64,000 bases of DNA from contig JAAOMT010000040.1 in the NCBI GenBank assembly GCA_016748015.1, positions 310,001-374,000 on the forward strand, given 5' to 3'. Under the pieces are notes generated by a model. That model made no database searches. It saw only the letters and a program-made list of their open reading frames with translations, and had not been told where the DNA came from. The translations under genes were made by a program, and so were the position numbers. Origin of the DNA: Geosiphon pyriformis uo1. Its lineage: Eukaryota > Fungi > Glomeromycota. Positions 61,622 to 64,000 of this stretch are shown one piece after another. Position 1 is the first letter of the stretch. Each line of letters starts with the position of its first letter.

Positions 61622-64000
61622 TTTTTTTTTTTTTTCATTTAATGAGTAAAGTCCAAACACTGCCTAATGCAATACATTATACAAAATAATCTAAACTAGG
61701 TATGAATCATGCTCTTTCTATATGTGACCAGCCACTTGGACCAATCAGAACAACACTATACACCTATATGAACAGAAACTTTATCATCTATGCCTAAAAA
61801 AAACAAACAAGACTTATGAAAACCAAAACCAACACCAATTGCCTCAGCAACACCCAGCAATCCAATCACGCCTGCTGACAGCACTAAAGGAAGCCCAAAA
61901 ATTAAGATAGGAACAGATTCATTGCATAGAATAAGCCCATTTTTTTCCATAAAGACACAGTACTTGGCACAAACCAACCAAATGTCTTTCCAAAAAGCAT
62001 GACTAAACTTACACACAAAGACTACAATGATCTAACTTGCTACTCTGGAACTCTTGAAAACAAAGACAGATTCATGAAACCAATCCTTGAAAACAAAACC
62101 CTTGCACAAAGCAGTACTGACCAAAACATTGGATGAACAAGTAAACAATAGCTGCGAGACAACTAAGGAAGAACAACCTAAACCAGATTGCATTCTCCAA
62201 GCTGAAGCATGAGAGTCCAACAAATGAGCACAAACATTGACATCAAATGGACAAGAAAAAACATGGTCTGAAACTTCAACATCACCATAAAACAAACACA
62301 CCACACTAGGGTAACTCTTATCATAAAGCCATTTTTGCATGACAATAAGAAGCCAAAGATGCAATGCCTTCATAAAATACGTTTGGAAACCAGCAGTTCA
62401 TTTGTTAGTGAAACCAGCAGCCATATGAAAGTCTGGATGCCACACCAGTGATGATTTGAACCAATTAATATCTACATACAGACTATCTACTACCACCTGC
62501 AAACCAGAACCAATTTTCCAATATGCACAATGAACTAACCAAAAAACATCCCAAACAAAATGTCTAGAATTACCAGAAATGACAGCACTACCAACTCTAA
62601 AATAGTATTCATTGATAGAATGGGGCAGATTCCAGCTAGAGAGAGCCACAGCTCTGGCCAACTCATCTGTACACTCATTGTCTGAAACACCTGAATGACT
62701 TTTGACCTTATACAAATTAATGTTCAAATTTTTATGACAAATAATGTTCACAATGTAACAACATTCAATCCAACACTGATTTTTAAAGTCCGGGCAAACC
62801 AAATCCAATTTCAACTTGCAAGCATCCAAAGCCGCTTGACTGTCTAAGAACAAGTCAATTGAGTGAGAAGGAGAGACACACTCAAGAGCTAAAGCAATGG
62901 TCTGCAACTCTGTTAAGGTAGAAAACATCAAACCAGAAACTCCCACACCCAAATTCATACTAATGTCTTCAAAAAAAACAGCAGCTCCGGCTTTTATATC
63001 AACAGACTCCAAGCCACTCAAAGATCCATACATATAGACAGAAAGGCAATCAACATTAGAACACAACAAATTTGCACTAATAGCACTAAACCCACAAGAA
63101 CAAAGAATATTTGAAAAGCCACCATCATCTAAAGATGAAAAGTAAACAGAAAAAGAGGACACATCACTAAGAAACCGAACAGAAAGCTCAAACCAGGTAG
63201 GAACTGGACCATATGGATCCAACCACTTCCATCACTTGAAGGTTTTCCAATCAAAAATAGCCCCACTTCAGTTAAGCAGCTGGTCCATGAAGGCAATCCC
63301 ATAATGCTAAAGTGAAGAAACACACTTAAAATAGGCTGATTCACCAAAAACACAAGACATAGAAGTTCCACTCCAATAATGAAAAGCATTGGTTAGGAAG
63401 CCACCTAAGAACAAATCACTTTTAAAGAAAATGTGCACCATACCAGCCAGAAAATTATTCAGAGAGTTGATCTTAACATGAACTGAATACTGCAAAGAGT
63501 GAAGTGGATGCCAGCAAAGGACCTGAAAATCATGTGACCAGTGAGAAAATAGATGACCCAAAATACCAATAGAGTTTGTGAAAGAAATAACTGAAGCTAA
63601 CTTATTTTCGGCCTGAATCTGTTCAAAAGTTTTCAAATCATACAGAGAAAAATGATGAATTGTATCACTAGGGAAGTCACATAGCACACCAGACTTAGAT
63701 TTCAAGTCCTTATGAATCAGAGCATCCCACTTTTTACAAGCACTGACAGAAACATAACTGAATTGTGTTCTATAACCAATGATAAGAAAGAGGACTGCCA
63801 AAACCAAATACAAAAACTGCTTATCAGATACTGCTTTTTTGAGGACCAGATTAGCAAAAAACCAGACATCAGAATGTGCTTTGGCCAGACTAAGTTAGGA
63901 AAGACCCTCAGTTGACAAATAGATCCCTAAATAGTAATGTAATTCCTCTTTCTTGGCAATAGAAATAGGTGACCCACTGATCAACAGAGAAGGATCTGCA
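61622..64000 (-). mobile_element. LINE-3 3' portion (end of RT region, RNase H, zinc finger, 3' UTR, poly(A))
   Basis: Poly(T) at 61622-61635; ORFs 62398-63222 (RNase H) and 62032-62373 (CLFYG..HVFSC); 3' UTR homologous to LINE-2. Confidence 0.92.

Noticed and set aside
825-63915. Many short antisense or off-frame ORFs (e.g. 825-1136, 13328-13819, 38465-39292, 52098-52658, 60186-60380) as host genes
   Set aside because: They are shadows of retroelement frames or products of AT-rich composition and have no independent motifs.

Overview
This window is eukaryotic, AT-rich and made almost entirely of decayed, nested retroelements. I find no host gene, RNA gene or CRISPR array. From memory, the protein fragments resemble retroelement-derived proteins of Glomeromycotina fungi (Geosiphon-like); that assignment needs a BLAST check. 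Nesting, reconstructed from LTR pairs and 4-bp TSDs: the oldest identifiable layer is Ty3/gypsy element F (minus, ~46.7-59.1 kb), decayed to roughly 90% AT. F hosts LINE-2 (48.15-54.12 kb), a solo LTR (55119-55879) and apparently LINE-1 in its 3' LTR. LINE-1 was hit three times within about 670 bp of its RNase H region, by gypsy elements A (1-2509), E (2718-31322) and D (31782-41557). E carries B (10273-20236), C (20300-27905) and LTR fragments. An undeciphered AT-rich block (59.1-61.6 kb) and the 3' half of LINE-3 close the window. Main observations: (1) the gypsy families appear to share a tricistronic layout, with gag-pol stopping right after RNase H, a G-poor C/A-rich spacer, integrase as its own ORF, and then an uncharacterised conserved ORF3; (2) all five integrases end in a PxVxI-like motif and have no chromodomain, a candidate HP1-tethering signal; (3) the B/D/E/F clade carries a Cys-rich domain plus dUTPase between protease and RT; (4) decay is RIP-like C>T/G>A in all contexts and tracks nesting age; (5) the A/C family has a U-UUA-AAC -1 frameshift signal, and several LTRs hold conserved RNA structures. 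All alignments and coordinates were done by eye.
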